A DNA stretch of 64,000 nt from an uncultured Candidatus Saccharibacteria bacterium (GCA_964427585.1 CAYRVC010000001.1:34220-98219); one strand, 5' to 3'; shown: positions 33,769 through 42,786, counted from the first letter of the stretch. The notes: generated by a model not told the origin, from the sequence alone. Numbers and translations: made by a program.

Positions 33769-35186
33769 TGCATTTAGTAGGCTTAACAATCAAACAGGCC
33801 CACGAAGGTCTTTTAAAAAAAGATTTTTCAGCCGTTGAGCTGGCCCGGGCGTATTTATCTGAAATTAAAGCAAAAGACAAGGAACTCAACGCATTTTTGG
33901 CAGTAACGGAGGAATTGGCTTTGAGGCAGGCCGAATCGGTTGATGAAAAAATATCATCCGGCGGCGACATTCCTTTTCTGGCCGGAATTCCCTGTGCCAT
34001 AAAAGACGCAATCATGGTAAAAGACCAAAAGTGCACTGCCGGTTCTAAAATTCTGGAAAATTATACGGCTTCTTATGATGCTAAGGTAATCAAAAAACTT
34101 AAAAAAGAGGGGGCTGTAATTTTGGGGAAAACAAACCTTGATGAGTTTGCCATGGGGGGGTCTGGGGAAAATTCCGCTTTCGGCCCTACAAAAAATCCCA
34201 ATGACGAAAGCCGTGTGGCTGGCGGCAGTTCATCGGGTTCAGCCGCTTCCGTGGCGGCAAACGAGGCTTGTTTTGCCTTGGGTTCTGACACCGGGGGATC
34301 CGTGCGTTTGCCTTCGTCTTTTTGCGGCATCGTGGGATTGAAACCGACTTACGGAGCGGTTTCCCGCTTCGGCCTTATATCCTTAGCTTCTTCCTTGGAC
34401 CAAATAGGCCCCATGGCAAAAACAGTTGAAGACTGCAAAATAGTGTTTAATGCGATTAACGGTAATGACCCGCTTGATGCGACTTCCTTAGAATCAAAAA
34501 TTTCAAATTTCAAATTTCAAATTTCAAATTTAAAAATTGGCGTTCCAAAAGAGTATTTTGTAAAAGGAATGGAGCCTGAAGTTGAAAAAATAATAAACGG
34601 AACCATTAAAAAAATAGAGAGGCAGGGAGCAAAAATAGAGGAGATAAGCCTGCCGAATACTTCTTACGCCCTGGCTTGTTATTATATAATATTGCCCGCG
34701 GAAGCGTCGGCTAACCTCGCCCGCTTTGACGGCATAAAATACGGCTTGTCAAAACAGGAGAAAGATCTTTTGGATGTTTATTTAAAAACCCGGGGCAAGG
34801 GCTTTGGAGATGAAGTTAAAAGAAGGATTATGCTGGGAACATACAGCTTGTCGTCAGGCTATCATGACGCTTATTACAAAAGGGCGGTCCAGGTAAGGCA
34901 GCTGATAAAAAATGATTTTAAAGAGGCGTTCAAAAAAGTTGATTTGATAGTTTGCCCGGTTTCGCCGACCGTGGCTTTCAAGCTGGGTGAAAAAACAGCC
35001 GACCCTCTTTCAATGTATCTGGTTGACATTTATACCGTTTCCGTCAATCTGGCAGGATTGCCTGGCATCTCCTTGCCCGCAGGCAAAGCGGGAAACCTGC
35101 CCGTGGGCATCCAGCTCATAGCAAACCATTTTGAGGAGAACAAAATTTTTGCTATGGCGTCCCTAGTTGAAAAAATGGTAAAATAA
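33768..35186 (+). CDS. gatA: Asp/Glu-tRNA amidotransferase subunit A
   Basis: Amidase signature GGSSSGSAASVAA...GSDTGGSVRLPSSFCG. Confidence 0.93.
   Translation: MHLVGLTIKQAHEGLLKKDFSAVELARAYLSEIKAKDKELNAFLAVTEELALRQAESVDEKISSGGDIPFLAGIPCAIKDAIMVKDQKCTAGSKILENYTASYDAKVIKKLKKEGAVILGKTNLDEFAMGGSGENSAFGPTKNPNDESRVAGGSSSGSAASVAANEACFALGSDTGGSVRLPSSFCGIVGLKPTYGAVSRFGLISLASSLDQIGPMAKTVEDCKIVFNAINGNDPLDATSLESKISNFKFQISNLKIGVPKEYFVKGMEPEVEKIINGTIKKIERQGAKIEEISLPNTSYALACYYIILPAEASANLARFDGIKYGLSKQEKDLLDVYLKTRGKGFGDEVKRRIMLGTYSLSSGYHDAYYKRAVQVRQLIKNDFKEAFKKVDLIVCPVSPTVAFKLGEKTADPLSMYLVDIYTVSVNLAGLPGISLPAGKAGNLPVGIQLIANHFEENKIFAMASLVEKMVK
34498..34532 (+). repeat. Heptamer tandem repeat (AAATTTC x4 plus a partial unit) inside gatA
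   Basis: Read directly. It encodes SNFKFQISNLK in a variable linker. Confidence 0.9.
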
Positions 35187-35213
35187 TAATAATTATTTTG
35201 CGAAGTAAAATCT

Positions 35214-35756
35214 ATGGATTGGGAATCATTATACAACAATCTTCAGGTCAGGGATTTTATTTATTTCATTTCTTCTGCGGATATCCAGGATATGCTTTTT
35301 CCGGTAAAAGTCATCTTTATCGCTTTTGCGATATTTTTTTTAACGGCGATAATTTATTTCATGATGAACTCCAGCTATTTGAAATACCAGTTGCTTGAGG
35401 ATGTCACGGAATTTTTTTCCTGGCAGGCCTACGGACTGAAAGAGGTTTCCAAAAGATGGAATAAAATCAAAAGCAAAATAAAAGAGGATTCGGAAGCATC
35501 GTATAAGCTTGCTATAATAGAAGCCGATGAATTTTTGACCGACGTGCTGGAAGACAGAGGATATTCGGGAAAAAGCTTTGAAGAGGCGGTTGAAAAAATA
35601 GACAAAGAAACATTTTTAAACATCGGCCAGTTAAAAGAGATCCACCAGGTGCGCAATTCCATTGTTTACAATCCGGATTACAAGCTTGACATTAACCAGG
35701 CAAAAAAGATTTTAGCCACATACGAACAGGCAATCAATAACATCTGGGTATCGTGA
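35214..35756 (+). CDS. Hypothetical membrane-anchored protein
   Basis: 180-aa ORF with the TM segment VKVIFIAFAIFFLTAIIYFMM. Confidence 0.5.
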   Translation: MDWESLYNNLQVRDFIYFISSADIQDMLFPVKVIFIAFAIFFLTAIIYFMMNSSYLKYQLLEDVTEFFSWQAYGLKEVSKRWNKIKSKIKEDSEASYKLAIIEADEFLTDVLEDRGYSGKSFEEAVEKIDKETFLNIGQLKEIHQVRNSIVYNPDYKLDINQAKKILATYEQAINNIWVS

Positions 35757-35816
35757 CATAATGCATTTTAATATGCGCTAAAAACAAAAAAATGATAATA
35801 TAAAATCAAATAATAG

Positions 35817-35924
35817 CTATCTGTAAAATAACGGCCCGGCTGACCACATAATCATGCTTAAAGCAACCAGGCTTATCAGGAAGATCCATACTATTCTGAA
35901 AATTGTCTTGGGTTTTATTTTCAT
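35817..35924 (-). CDS. Possible 35-aa single-TM micro-protein
   Basis: Manual translation gives MKIKPKTIFRIVWIFLISLVALSMIMWSAGPLFYR*. I found no RBS or promoter support. Confidence 0.25.
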   Translation of the reverse strand: MKIKPKTIFRIVWIFLISLVALSMIMWSAGPLFYR

Positions 35925-35942
35925 ATTTTTCTATTTTATTGC

Positions 35943-36356
35943 ATGGTATCACATTTTACAAAAAAGCAAAAGGGAAAAACTATAAAGAACGGGTTATTCC
36001 AGGCTATAAGCATTTTTTTGGCGGTTATTCTGGTATTTTTGGTTTTTGCGGATATTAAAATTTATAAAAACAAAAAAAAACTCAATTCCCAGCTTAAGGA
36101 ATACCAGAGGCAGATTGAAGAAATAAAAAAAAGCAACGAGGAAATGGAAGAGGGGATAGCTATGGCGGATGACAGGGAATATATTGAGAAAATAGCCAGG
36201 GAGGAATTTTCAATGCAGCAGCCAGGGGAAAAAGTAGTGGCCTTTTTAACGCCTGAGAGAGAAGAAGAACCGCAACCGCCAGATAACGATAATTTTTGGA
36301 ACAGAAATTTTTTTCTAAAATGGGTAAATAATATGTGGAAGTCAGTTATAGAATAA
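35943..36356 (+). CDS. Septum formation initiator (FtsB/DivIC-like)
   Basis: TM segment, then coiled coil, then DDREYIEKIAREEFSMQQPGEKVVAF, the FtsB/DivIC signature. Confidence 0.75.
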   Translation: MVSHFTKKQKGKTIKNGLFQAISIFLAVILVFLVFADIKIYKNKKKLNSQLKEYQRQIEEIKKSNEEMEEGIAMADDREYIEKIAREEFSMQQPGEKVVAFLTPEREEEPQPPDNDNFWNRNFFLKWVNNMWKSVIE

Positions 36357-36360
36357 TTTT

Positions 36361-36431
36361 GCGGGTATGGTTCAATGGCAGAACATATCCTTCCCAAGGA
36401 TATGATACGGGTTCGATTCCCGTTGCCCGCT
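36361..36431 (+). tRNA. tRNA-Gly (anticodon CCC)
   Basis: Manual cloverleaf: acceptor GCGGGTA/TGCCCGC, anticodon loop TTCCCAA, T-arm ACGGG-TTCGATT-CCCGT. No encoded CCA. Confidence 0.9.
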
Positions 36432-36457
36432 CAAAAATTTGCGCGCAAATTTTTGAG
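36430..36457. repeat. 28-nt perfect loop-less palindrome centred on GCGCGC
   Basis: CTCAAAAATTTGCGCGCAAATTTTTGAG overlaps the tRNA-Gly 3' end. Confidence 0.9.
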
Positions 36458-36496
36458 CGAGGCTCGCCCGCCCCGAGGTATTATTATTTTAAGTTG

Positions 36497-36568
36497 CCGG
36501 AGTAGCTCAGTGGCAGAGCAACTCTTTCGTAAAGAGTAGGCCGCGAGTTCGAATCTCGCCTCCGGCTC
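36497..36568 (+). tRNA. tRNA-Thr (anticodon CGT)
   Basis: Acceptor GCCGGAG/CTCCGGC, anticodon loop TTCGTAA, T-arm GCGAG-TTCGAAT-CTCGC. Confidence 0.9.
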
Positions 36569-36579
36569 ATTGTGCGACA

Positions 36580-36625
36580 ATAGCGGTCAAAAATCTCACG
36601 ATCGTGAGATTTTTGACCGCTATTA
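36580..36625. terminator. 46-nt perfect palindrome centred on CGATCG, likely terminator of the tRNA pair
   Basis: AATAGCGGTCAAAAATCTCACGATCGTGAGATTTTTGACCGCTATT followed by ATTTCTTCTTTTT. Confidence 0.65.
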
Positions 36626-36704
36626 TTTCTTCTTTTTCTAATATTTGCGATGCTAATGCGGTTCATTGCCAGCAGGCTTAACCCCTTTTTTATTTATTGA
36701 AAAT

Positions 36705-37836
36705 ATGTTAAATTTAACCCATATGGCAGATTTAACTCCGCAAATAAAAGAGCTTGAAAAACGCCTCCGGCATTTGGGAGACTGTCTTTGAGTTGGATAG
36801 AAAGGAAATTGAAATGAAAGAGCTGGAAAAAGACACGCAAAAAATCGGTTTTTGGGATAACAAGGAAAAAGCGGCGGAGAAGACGCAAAGGTTGTCGGAT
36901 TTAAAAGAGGAAACAGAAAGAATAAAAGAATTGGAAAAAAAAATTTACGAGCTTTCAGAATTGAATGATTTGGCATTCACTGCCGGAGACGAAAATTTAG
37001 CAGAAGATTTGTTGATAAGGCATAATGAATTGAATGTTGAAATACAAAAGGAAGAGATGGAAACATTTTTGGCCGGCAAATACGATAAAAGCAACGCCAT
37101 AATGGAAATATCTTCAGGGGCAGGAGGCCAGGATTCCCAGGATTGGGTGACGATGTTATTAAGGATGTACCAGAGGTATTGCTCAAAAAAAGGATTCAAA
37201 ACGGAAATTCTTCAGCAGTCTTTCGGGGAGGCAGGCGGGCCTGAAGGCAGAATAGGCACAAAATCAGTTGCCTTGGAAATACGGGGAAGACACGCTTACG
37301 GATTTTTAAAAAAAGAAACAGGGGCGCACAGGCTGGTAAGGATTTCGCCTTTTTCCGCCCAAAAATTGCGCCACACTTCTTTTGCCCTGGTGTCTGTTCT
37401 GCCTGAAATTAAAGAGAATGATAATGAGATAAAAATAAATTCGGAAGATTTGAAAATAGACACGTTTAAGTCGTCTGGGCCGGGCGGACAATATGTAAAC
37501 AAAACGGAATCGGCCATAAGGATAACCCATATGCCAACGGGCATTGTTGTTTCATCTCAAACGGAAAGGCTTCAAGGAAAAAACAGGGAAAACGCAATGA
37601 AGATATTGTACGCCAAGCTTTACCGGCTGAACGAAGAAAAACGCCTTAAAGAACTGAAAAAAATAAAAGGAGAAAGGGTTTTGGCGGATTTCGGCAGTCA
37701 GATAAGGTCTTATGTCCTGCACCCATATAAGCTGGTGAAGGATTTGAGAACCCAATATGAAACATCGGACACCGAGGCGGTGCTCGACGGCGATTTGGAT
37801 AAATTCATAGAAGCGGAAATTCACTCGGTCAAATAA
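36705..37836 (+). CDS. prfB: Peptide chain release factor 2, requiring a programmed +1 frameshift (36705..36788 joined to 36790..37836)
   Basis: Frame 0 reads M(LNLTHM)ADLTPQIKELEKRLRHLGDCL then TGA. The +1 frame continues ELDRKEIEMKE...FWDN...SGPGGQYVNKTESAIRITH. An alternative start is at 36723. Confidence 0.9.
36775..36792 (+). promoter_or_regulatory. RF2 autoregulatory +1 frameshift site
   Basis: GGGAG (SD-like), ACTGT, then CTT TGA G. The slippery CTT is at 36786-36788 and the in-frame TGA at 36789-36791. Confidence 0.85.
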
Positions 37837-38516
37837 TGATAAAATTCGATAAAGTAACAAAAGTTTACCCCCCCGACAGCCTTGTGCTGGAAGATATTTC
37901 TTTTGAAATAAAAGAAGGGGAGTTTGTATCTATAGTGGGAAAATCCGGAGCCGGAAAAACAACCTTAACCCGCCTGCTTTTAGGGCTGGAAGAGCCGACC
38001 TCCGGCCGTGTGTATTTTGAAGGCGTAAATGTCCATGAAGCCAGCCCGCCCGAACTCCAGGCTATCAGGAGAAAAATAGGGGTGATCTACCAGGATTATA
38101 AGCTCCTTCCGGCAAAAACAGTTTATGAAAATGTCGCCTATATAATGGAAGTTGAAGGCAAGGAAAGCAGTGATATTTCAGGATATGTCAATAACATTTT
38201 AGACATAATCGGATTAAGCGGAAAAATGAATAATTTTCCAAAAGAGCTTTCCGGCGGGGAACAGCAGAGGCTGGCCATTGCCAGGGCGCTGGTTAAAAAT
38301 CCCTTGGTGATTGTGGCCGACGAGCCTACCGGCAACCTTGATCCTTACAACACATATGAAACCATTTCCCTTTTAGAGAAAATGAACAAAGCCGGAAAAA
38401 CAGTAATGCTTCTGACCCATGACAGGGAAGTGGTGAATAAGCTTGGCAAAAGGGTCATTACTTTAGATAGCGGAAGAATCGTAAGGGACGAAGATGAAGG
38501 AAGATTTATAATATAA
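37836..38516 (+). CDS. ftsE: Cell division ATP-binding protein FtsE
   Basis: Walker [13 protein letters not shown] signature LSGGEQQR, Walker [18 protein letters not shown] overlap with prfB. Confidence 0.9.
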   Translation: MIKFDKVTKVYPPDSLVLEDISFEIKEGEFVSIVGKSGAGKTTLTRLLLGLEEPTSGRVYFEGVNVHEASPPELQAIRRKIGVIYQDYKLLPAKTVYENVAYIMEVEGKESSDISGYVNNILDIIGLSGKMNNFPKELSGGEQQRLAIARALVKNPLVIVADEPTGNLDPYNTYETISLLEKMNKAGKTVMLLTHDREVVNKLGKRVITLDSGRIVRDEDEGRFII

Positions 38517-38524
38517 ATTATTCG

Positions 38525-38661
38525 AATTATTCTAATTGTTCTAATTATTCTAATAAATGCCTAATTTCTAATGCCTAATTCAAAAATGGTTTTTAGACAT
38601 TAGACATTTTGTCATTGGGATTTGATTAGAATAATTAAAATAATTAGGTTAATTAGACATT
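38525..38661 (+). repeat. Family-B long-hairpin element, copy 2
   Basis: Aligns to 32285-32412 with one extra TATTCTAAT unit and a few substitutions. Confidence 0.9.
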
Positions 38662-38669
38662 TTCAAAAC

Positions 38670-39584
38670 ATGCTTACTAATTTTAGAAGAATATGCAAAT
38701 TCGCCGTTGTTGATTTCAACCGCAACAAAGGCATATCCATTGCCGCAGTTTTCGTTTTGATGGTTACCATTATGCTGGTAACCGGTTTGCTGTTCTTTGA
38801 GGGAATAGCCAATTTTTTGATTTTGCAGGTGCAGGAAAAAATAGACATAACGGCCTATTTTAAAGAAGCGGCAACGGAAGAAGACATCCTAAAAGTAAGG
38901 GACGGAATCCTGAATCTTTCTCCGGAAATTAAAAATGTGAAAGTAGTTTTTAAAGAAGAAGCGATGCGGATTTTCGTTGAAAAACACAAAAACGAAGAAG
39001 TATTTTTAAAAGCCTTGGAAGAAGTGGGGACAAATCCTTTCTTCAATTCATTGAACATACAAACCGATGCCGATCCGGCCCAATACGAAGAGATTTCCAA
39101 TATTTTAGAAACGGGAGAGTTTAGCAGTTTCATTGAAAAAGTTGATTTTTCGCAGAAAAAAACCACTATTGAAAAGATTTTTTCCATAACTTCCAATATA
39201 TACAAACTCGGATTGATTTTGAGCCTTATTTCTGTTATTATTGCCGCATTGGTGGTTTTTAGCCTGATAAAGCTGGCCATAGACAATTCCAGGGAAGAAA
39301 TAAGCACAATGAGGATGGTTGGCGCATCAAACTGGTTTATCAGGGGGCCTTTCATCGTGCAGGGGGCTATTTACGGATTTCTGGCTTTTATCATCTGCCT
39401 TGTAATTTCCGCCTTGTCAGCCTATCTTTTGTCGCCGAAAATAGGGATTGTTCTGCCCGGCTTTAATATGTTTGATTATTTTTTGAGGAATTTGTTCTTC
39501 TTCGCCTTAATGCAGCTTGTTTTTGGAATCGGCCTTGGCATGATATCCAGCTTCATCGTTGTCAGGAGATATCTGAAAAATTAA
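38670..39584 (+). CDS. ftsX: Cell division permease-like protein FtsX
   Basis: The ATG at 38670 gives MLTNFRRICKFAVVDFNRNK, a typical FtsX start. The protein has 4 TM segments. The ORF track's 38622 start lies inside the repeat. Confidence 0.85.
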   Translation: MLTNFRRICKFAVVDFNRNKGISIAAVFVLMVTIMLVTGLLFFEGIANFLILQVQEKIDITAYFKEAATEEDILKVRDGILNLSPEIKNVKVVFKEEAMRIFVEKHKNEEVFLKALEEVGTNPFFNSLNIQTDADPAQYEEISNILETGEFSSFIEKVDFSQKKTTIEKIFSITSNIYKLGLILSLISVIIAALVVFSLIKLAIDNSREEISTMRMVGASNWFIRGPFIVQGAIYGFLAFIICLVISALSAYLLSPKIGIVLPGFNMFDYFLRNLFFFALMQLVFGIGLGMISSFIVVRRYLKN

Positions 39585-39590
39585 AATCAT

Positions 39591-39664
39591 TCCGAGGTCG
39601 TCTAATGGTAGGACGTTGCGCTCTGGACGCAAAAATTGGGGTTCGAGTCCCTGCCTCGGAGCCA
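39591..39664 (+). tRNA. tRNA-Gln (anticodon CTG), CCA encoded
   Basis: U1:A72 pair and G73 discriminator, D-arm GTCTAATGGTAGGAC, anticodon loop CTCTGGA. The T-stem has two wobble pairs. Confidence 0.8.
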
Positions 39665-39727
39665 GTCAACTATAAAAACCGGCTGAAGAAGCCGGCTTTT
39701 ATTATTTTATTTACATTTTTTATGTTG

Positions 39728-39799
39728 TGGGTGTGGAAGGAATCGAACCTTCGACCTCTATCTTATCAGGATAGCGTTCTGCCACTGAACTACACACCC
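39728..39799 (-). tRNA. tRNA-Ile (anticodon GAT)
   Basis: The reverse complement reads GGGTGTG TA GTTCAGTGGCAGAAC G CTATC CTGATAA GATAG AGGTC GAAGG TTCGATT CCTTC CACACCC A. Confidence 0.9.
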
Positions 39800-39859
39800 A
39801 GTTAATATTATCTATATGTTATCAAAAACAAGCCGACAAGTAAACCCTGCTCTATAGCC

Positions 39860-39887
39860 TTGCATATTTTAATAATTTTGCTATAAT
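39860..39887 (+). promoter_or_regulatory. Sigma-70-like promoter
   Basis: TTGCAT (39860-39865), a 16-nt spacer, then TATAAT (39882-39887). Confidence 0.5.
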
Positions 39888-39914
39888 TTAAGCCAGTTCT
39901 TTTTTAACGCCGAT

Positions 39915-40172
39915 ATGGAGGAGCGCTTTATGATTATGGGATGCTTATATTGCGACAAACCGGCTCGTTATATGCTTGTATATAAAGGACAAGATATCTA
40001 TGTTTGCGCGGAACATAGAAAAAAATTTATCGGCAGGACATGTATTGAATTTATTAACGAAGCGGAAAGGGCGATTAAGCTCTATAAAGAGCTTGAAGAA
40101 ATGGAAAAGCAAAGAGAAGATATAGGTGACGGATTTGAAAGGGAAATTAAAAAAATCAGTAAAAATTTTTGA
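39915..40172 (+). CDS. Hypothetical small Cys/His protein
   Basis: 85 aa; CLYC...C.EH could bind a metal. Followed by a terminator. Confidence 0.4.
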   Translation: MEERFMIMGCLYCDKPARYMLVYKGQDIYVCAEHRKKFIGRTCIEFINEAERAIKLYKELEEMEKQREDIGDGFEREIKKISKNF

Positions 40173-40203
40173 ATATTAAAAACAGAAAAACGCGATTAAT
40201 AAT

Positions 40204-40229
40204 AGCGGAGGATTTTTCCTCCGCTTTTT
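40204..40229 (+). terminator. Rho-independent terminator
   Basis: AGCGGAGG-ATTTTT-CCTCCGCT followed by TTTTTA. Confidence 0.7.
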
Positions 40230-40345
40230 ATTAATTTTACATATTAACTTGCCAAAAATTCAAAGCAGAGTAAAATAAATTAATAGCAAGAAGCTTGCTT
40301 CTAAATGATTTTCAATGGTTTAGAGGCGGAGCGCTCTTTTATCGC

Positions 40346-40726
40346 ATGTTTTTAAAAAAAGACAGAAAAATTTTAATGTTTTCTGCTGCCGGGCTGGTTA
40401 TTTTCGCCGCGGCAGGATTTTTAATTTTTGATTATTCAGAGCAAGCCAAAACAACAGCTGAGAATTCATCAAACATGGAAGCGGAGGAGCAGTACGACGA
40501 GGATTTTTTGCCCAGGCAGGACGCAGTAGAGCAGGCTGAAAATTCCGGAGAGCAGAATGCCAATCTTCCGGAAATAAAAATAGAAGCAATTCAAGGCACA
40601 GGCCTTTCCATATGCCAGGATAAATGCGGAGACGGCGTCTGCCAGGCCGAGGAATCAGAATGCGATAAAGGAATGAACTGCATATGCAAGGAAACAAAAG
40701 AAGAGTGCCCGGCTGACTGCAAATAA
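40346..40726 (+). CDS. Secreted or membrane-anchored Cys-rich protein
   Basis: The internal ATG gives MFLKKDRKILMFSAAGLVIFAAAGFL (signal or anchor). The C-terminus is CQDKCGDGVCQAEESECDKGMNCICKETKEECPADC. Confidence 0.5.
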   Translation: MFLKKDRKILMFSAAGLVIFAAAGFLIFDYSEQAKTTAENSSNMEAEEQYDEDFLPRQDAVEQAENSGEQNANLPEIKIEAIQGTGLSICQDKCGDGVCQAEESECDKGMNCICKETKEECPADCK

Positions 40727-40741
40727 AAGCAATCAATAATT

Positions 40742-40972
40742 ATGAACAATATTTTAAAAAAATTCAGAACATCGGCTCTTTTATCGCTTCTGCTGTTTTT
40801 TACGGTAGCTTTCTTTCTATATAAGCAGTACTGGCTGGCATTTTTCAGCCTGGCATTGATACTTATATTTCCGCGCTGGGGTCAGGTTAAGAAAATAATC
40901 ATTGGCAAAGACAAGGTTGAAGTGCAGATTCCGGAGGATGTGATAAAAAAAGAGCAAAAAAATAAGGAATAA
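40742..40972 (+). CDS. Small two-TM membrane protein
   Basis: 76-aa ORF with two hydrophobic segments. Confidence 0.4.
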   Translation: MNNILKKFRTSALLSLLLFFTVAFFLYKQYWLAFFSLALILIFPRWGQVKKIIIGKDKVEVQIPEDVIKKEQKNKE

Positions 40973-40976
40973 AGCC

Positions 40977-41240
40977 ATGGCTAATTTTGTGATCAAAAGA
41001 GACGGGAAAAAGGAGCCTTTTAATATAGAACAGATTAAAAAAAGCATCATGGAAGCCGCCATAAGGGCGGGCATAAAAGAAAACGCGGCAAGGCTTTTGG
41101 CAAAAGAAGTTTCAGCGCCCATAGCAGATTCCCTTAAAAATGCCAATGAAGTGTTGGCTTCAGAATTAAGAGCAAGGATTGTTTCGGCCCTCGATGACAT
41201 ATCCCCGGAAGTTTCAGAACAGTGGAAAAATTACCGTTAA
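40977..41240 (+). CDS. Stand-alone ATP-cone domain protein
   Basis: VIKRDGKKEPFNIEQIKKSIMEAAIRAG...ELRARIVSAL matches the ATP-cone pattern. No zinc ribbon and no RNR body. Confidence 0.6.
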   Translation: MANFVIKRDGKKEPFNIEQIKKSIMEAAIRAGIKENAARLLAKEVSAPIADSLKNANEVLASELRARIVSALDDISPEVSEQWKNYR

Positions 41241-41277
41241 TTTTGATAAATGCCTTGACGACCAAGGCGTTTTTAAC

Positions 41278-42786
41278 ATGGCAAAAAAAATATTTTTTAT
41301 CATATGCTTTTTCCTGCTGTTTTCTTTCGCTGAGAACGCATCGGCCCATCAGCCGAATGTTGTTTATTACCTGAAAGGGAACATTAAAATAACCGGCCCT
41401 GAAATTTCCCGGGCGTTTTACGATAAGCTGAAAGGGGAGCCGAGAACTTATATTATAAGTTCTGAAAGTGATTTCACCCTTTACCTTAATATTCTGGTTC
41501 CGGCTCCGCAGAACATAAAAGGGAGATATTCCGTTAATGTATTTTTATTGGATGAGGAGAAAGAAGAGCCGATTGCCTTAATTGACGGCAATTCGGCCGG
41601 GTGGGAAGTTTTTTACGAGCCTTTCGGCAGGGATTATTATCTTAAAGGCCCGGAGTTTGAAAAAGCGGTGAAAGCGGGGAATTATAAGATTACGGTGTTT
41701 TCGGAGAAAAACTGGGGGGAATATGTTTTGGCCGTGGGGAAACAGGAATATTTTGGCGTTTTAGAAATGATTAATGTTTATTGGCAGCTGCCTCTGTTAA
41801 AATATGATTTTTTTAAAACGCCGGTGTGGCAGTTTTTTCTTACGCCATTGGGCATATACGGGGTTATCGCGATTTTAGGCATTTTTATAGCGCTTTCAAC
41901 AGTAAGGCTTTTGATATCTTTAATTTCCAAAAAAGTAAGGATTAATATGGCTAAAACATTGCTGCTGACTTCAACGGGGATGGATATGAAAGAAGAAATC
42001 AAAAATTTGCTTCATAAGCCAGCTTACGACATATTGGTGGCTTTTATCACCACGGCGGCTAAAAAAGAGCAGGATTTGTCTTTTGTGTTAAAAGACCTGG
42101 AGGCGATGACCGAAGTGGGTTTTAATGTTGAAAAAATCGATATAGAAGGCAAAAAAGAATACGAACTTAGAAAGATGCTGGCTAACAAAGACATTATTTT
42201 TGTCGAAGGTGGGAATGCTTATTATTTGCTGGAAGCCATGAAAAAGAGCGGATTTGAAAAGGTGATAAAAGACCTGATGAAAAAGGGCGTGGTTTATCTG
42301 GGAGTTTCCGCCGGAAGCATTGTTGCCGGCCAAACAATAGAAACAAGCATGGATGAAAACATAACGGGCCTGAAAAAAACAGACGGCCTGAAGATTGTGC
42401 CGTTTAATGTTTTTGTTCATTACAGGCCAGAATACGAAGAACTGGCAAAGCAGAAGCTTAAAAATTCAAAATATCCCTTGCATGCCCTTAAAGACGATCA
42501 GGCCTTGCTTATCCAGGGCGAAAATATGGTTATGCTGGGAAAGGGAGAAGAAATAATCTTTAAAAAAGAAGAGCCGAAGCTGATGCTTGTTTTAAAAATT
42601 ATTACAGCTTGCCTGATGATTTTGACAGTATCTTTTTTTGTTTTTGTCTCGTTCAACCAGGATATGTTTTTGCCAAAGAGACCGGTTGCCAGTTTCGAGG
42701 ATTGCGTTAAAGAAGGAAATCCGGCGCTGGAAACGTATCCGGAAAGGTGCAAAACCCCCGACGGTCAAATGTTCGTTAATGAGTAA
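41278..42786 (+). CDS. Multi-domain membrane protein: signal peptide, extracytoplasmic domain, TM, peptidase S51 (dipeptidase E-like), TM, small Cys-containing C-terminal domain
   Basis: Signal peptide MAKKIFFIICFFLLFSFAENASA. S51 core FVEGGNAYYLL...LGVSAGSIVAG...VFVHY. C-terminus FEDCVKEGNPALETYPERCKTPDGQMF. Confidence 0.6.
   Translation: MAKKIFFIICFFLLFSFAENASAHQPNVVYYLKGNIKITGPEISRAFYDKLKGEPRTYIISSESDFTLYLNILVPAPQNIKGRYSVNVFLLDEEKEEPIALIDGNSAGWEVFYEPFGRDYYLKGPEFEKAVKAGNYKITVFSEKNWGEYVLAVGKQEYFGVLEMINVYWQLPLLKYDFFKTPVWQFFLTPLGIYGVIAILGIFIALSTVRLLISLISKKVRINMAKTLLLTSTGMDMKEEIKNLLHKPAYDILVAFITTAAKKEQDLSFVLKDLEAMTEVGFNVEKIDIEGKKEYELRKMLANKDIIFVEGGNAYYLLEAMKKSGFEKVIKDLMKKGVVYLGVSAGSIVAGQTIETSMDENITGLKKTDGLKIVPFNVFVHYRPEYEELAKQKLKNSKYPLHALKDDQALLIQGENMVMLGKGEEIIFKKEEPKLMLVLKIITACLMILTVSFFVFVSFNQDMFLPKRPVASFEDCVKEGNPALETYPERCKTPDGQMFVNE

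Noticed and set aside
36653-36976. Minus-strand ORFs (107 aa and 64 aa) overlapping the prfB 5' region, together with the track's truncated prfB start at 36754.
   Set aside because: The region is accounted for by the prfB zero frame plus the +1 frameshift. The ATG at 36754 is simply the first Met in the +1 frame.
38622-38669. An N-terminal extension of ftsX (MIRIIKIIRLIRHFQN).
   Set aside because: It is encoded by the right arm of the family-B repeat. The canonical FtsX N-terminus begins at ATG 38670.
39605-39805. A 66-aa ORF spanning tRNA-Gln and tRNA-Ile, plus the 36484-36666 minus-strand ORF over tRNA-Thr.
   Set aside because: Both are explained entirely by tRNA genes and terminators, so neither is coding.
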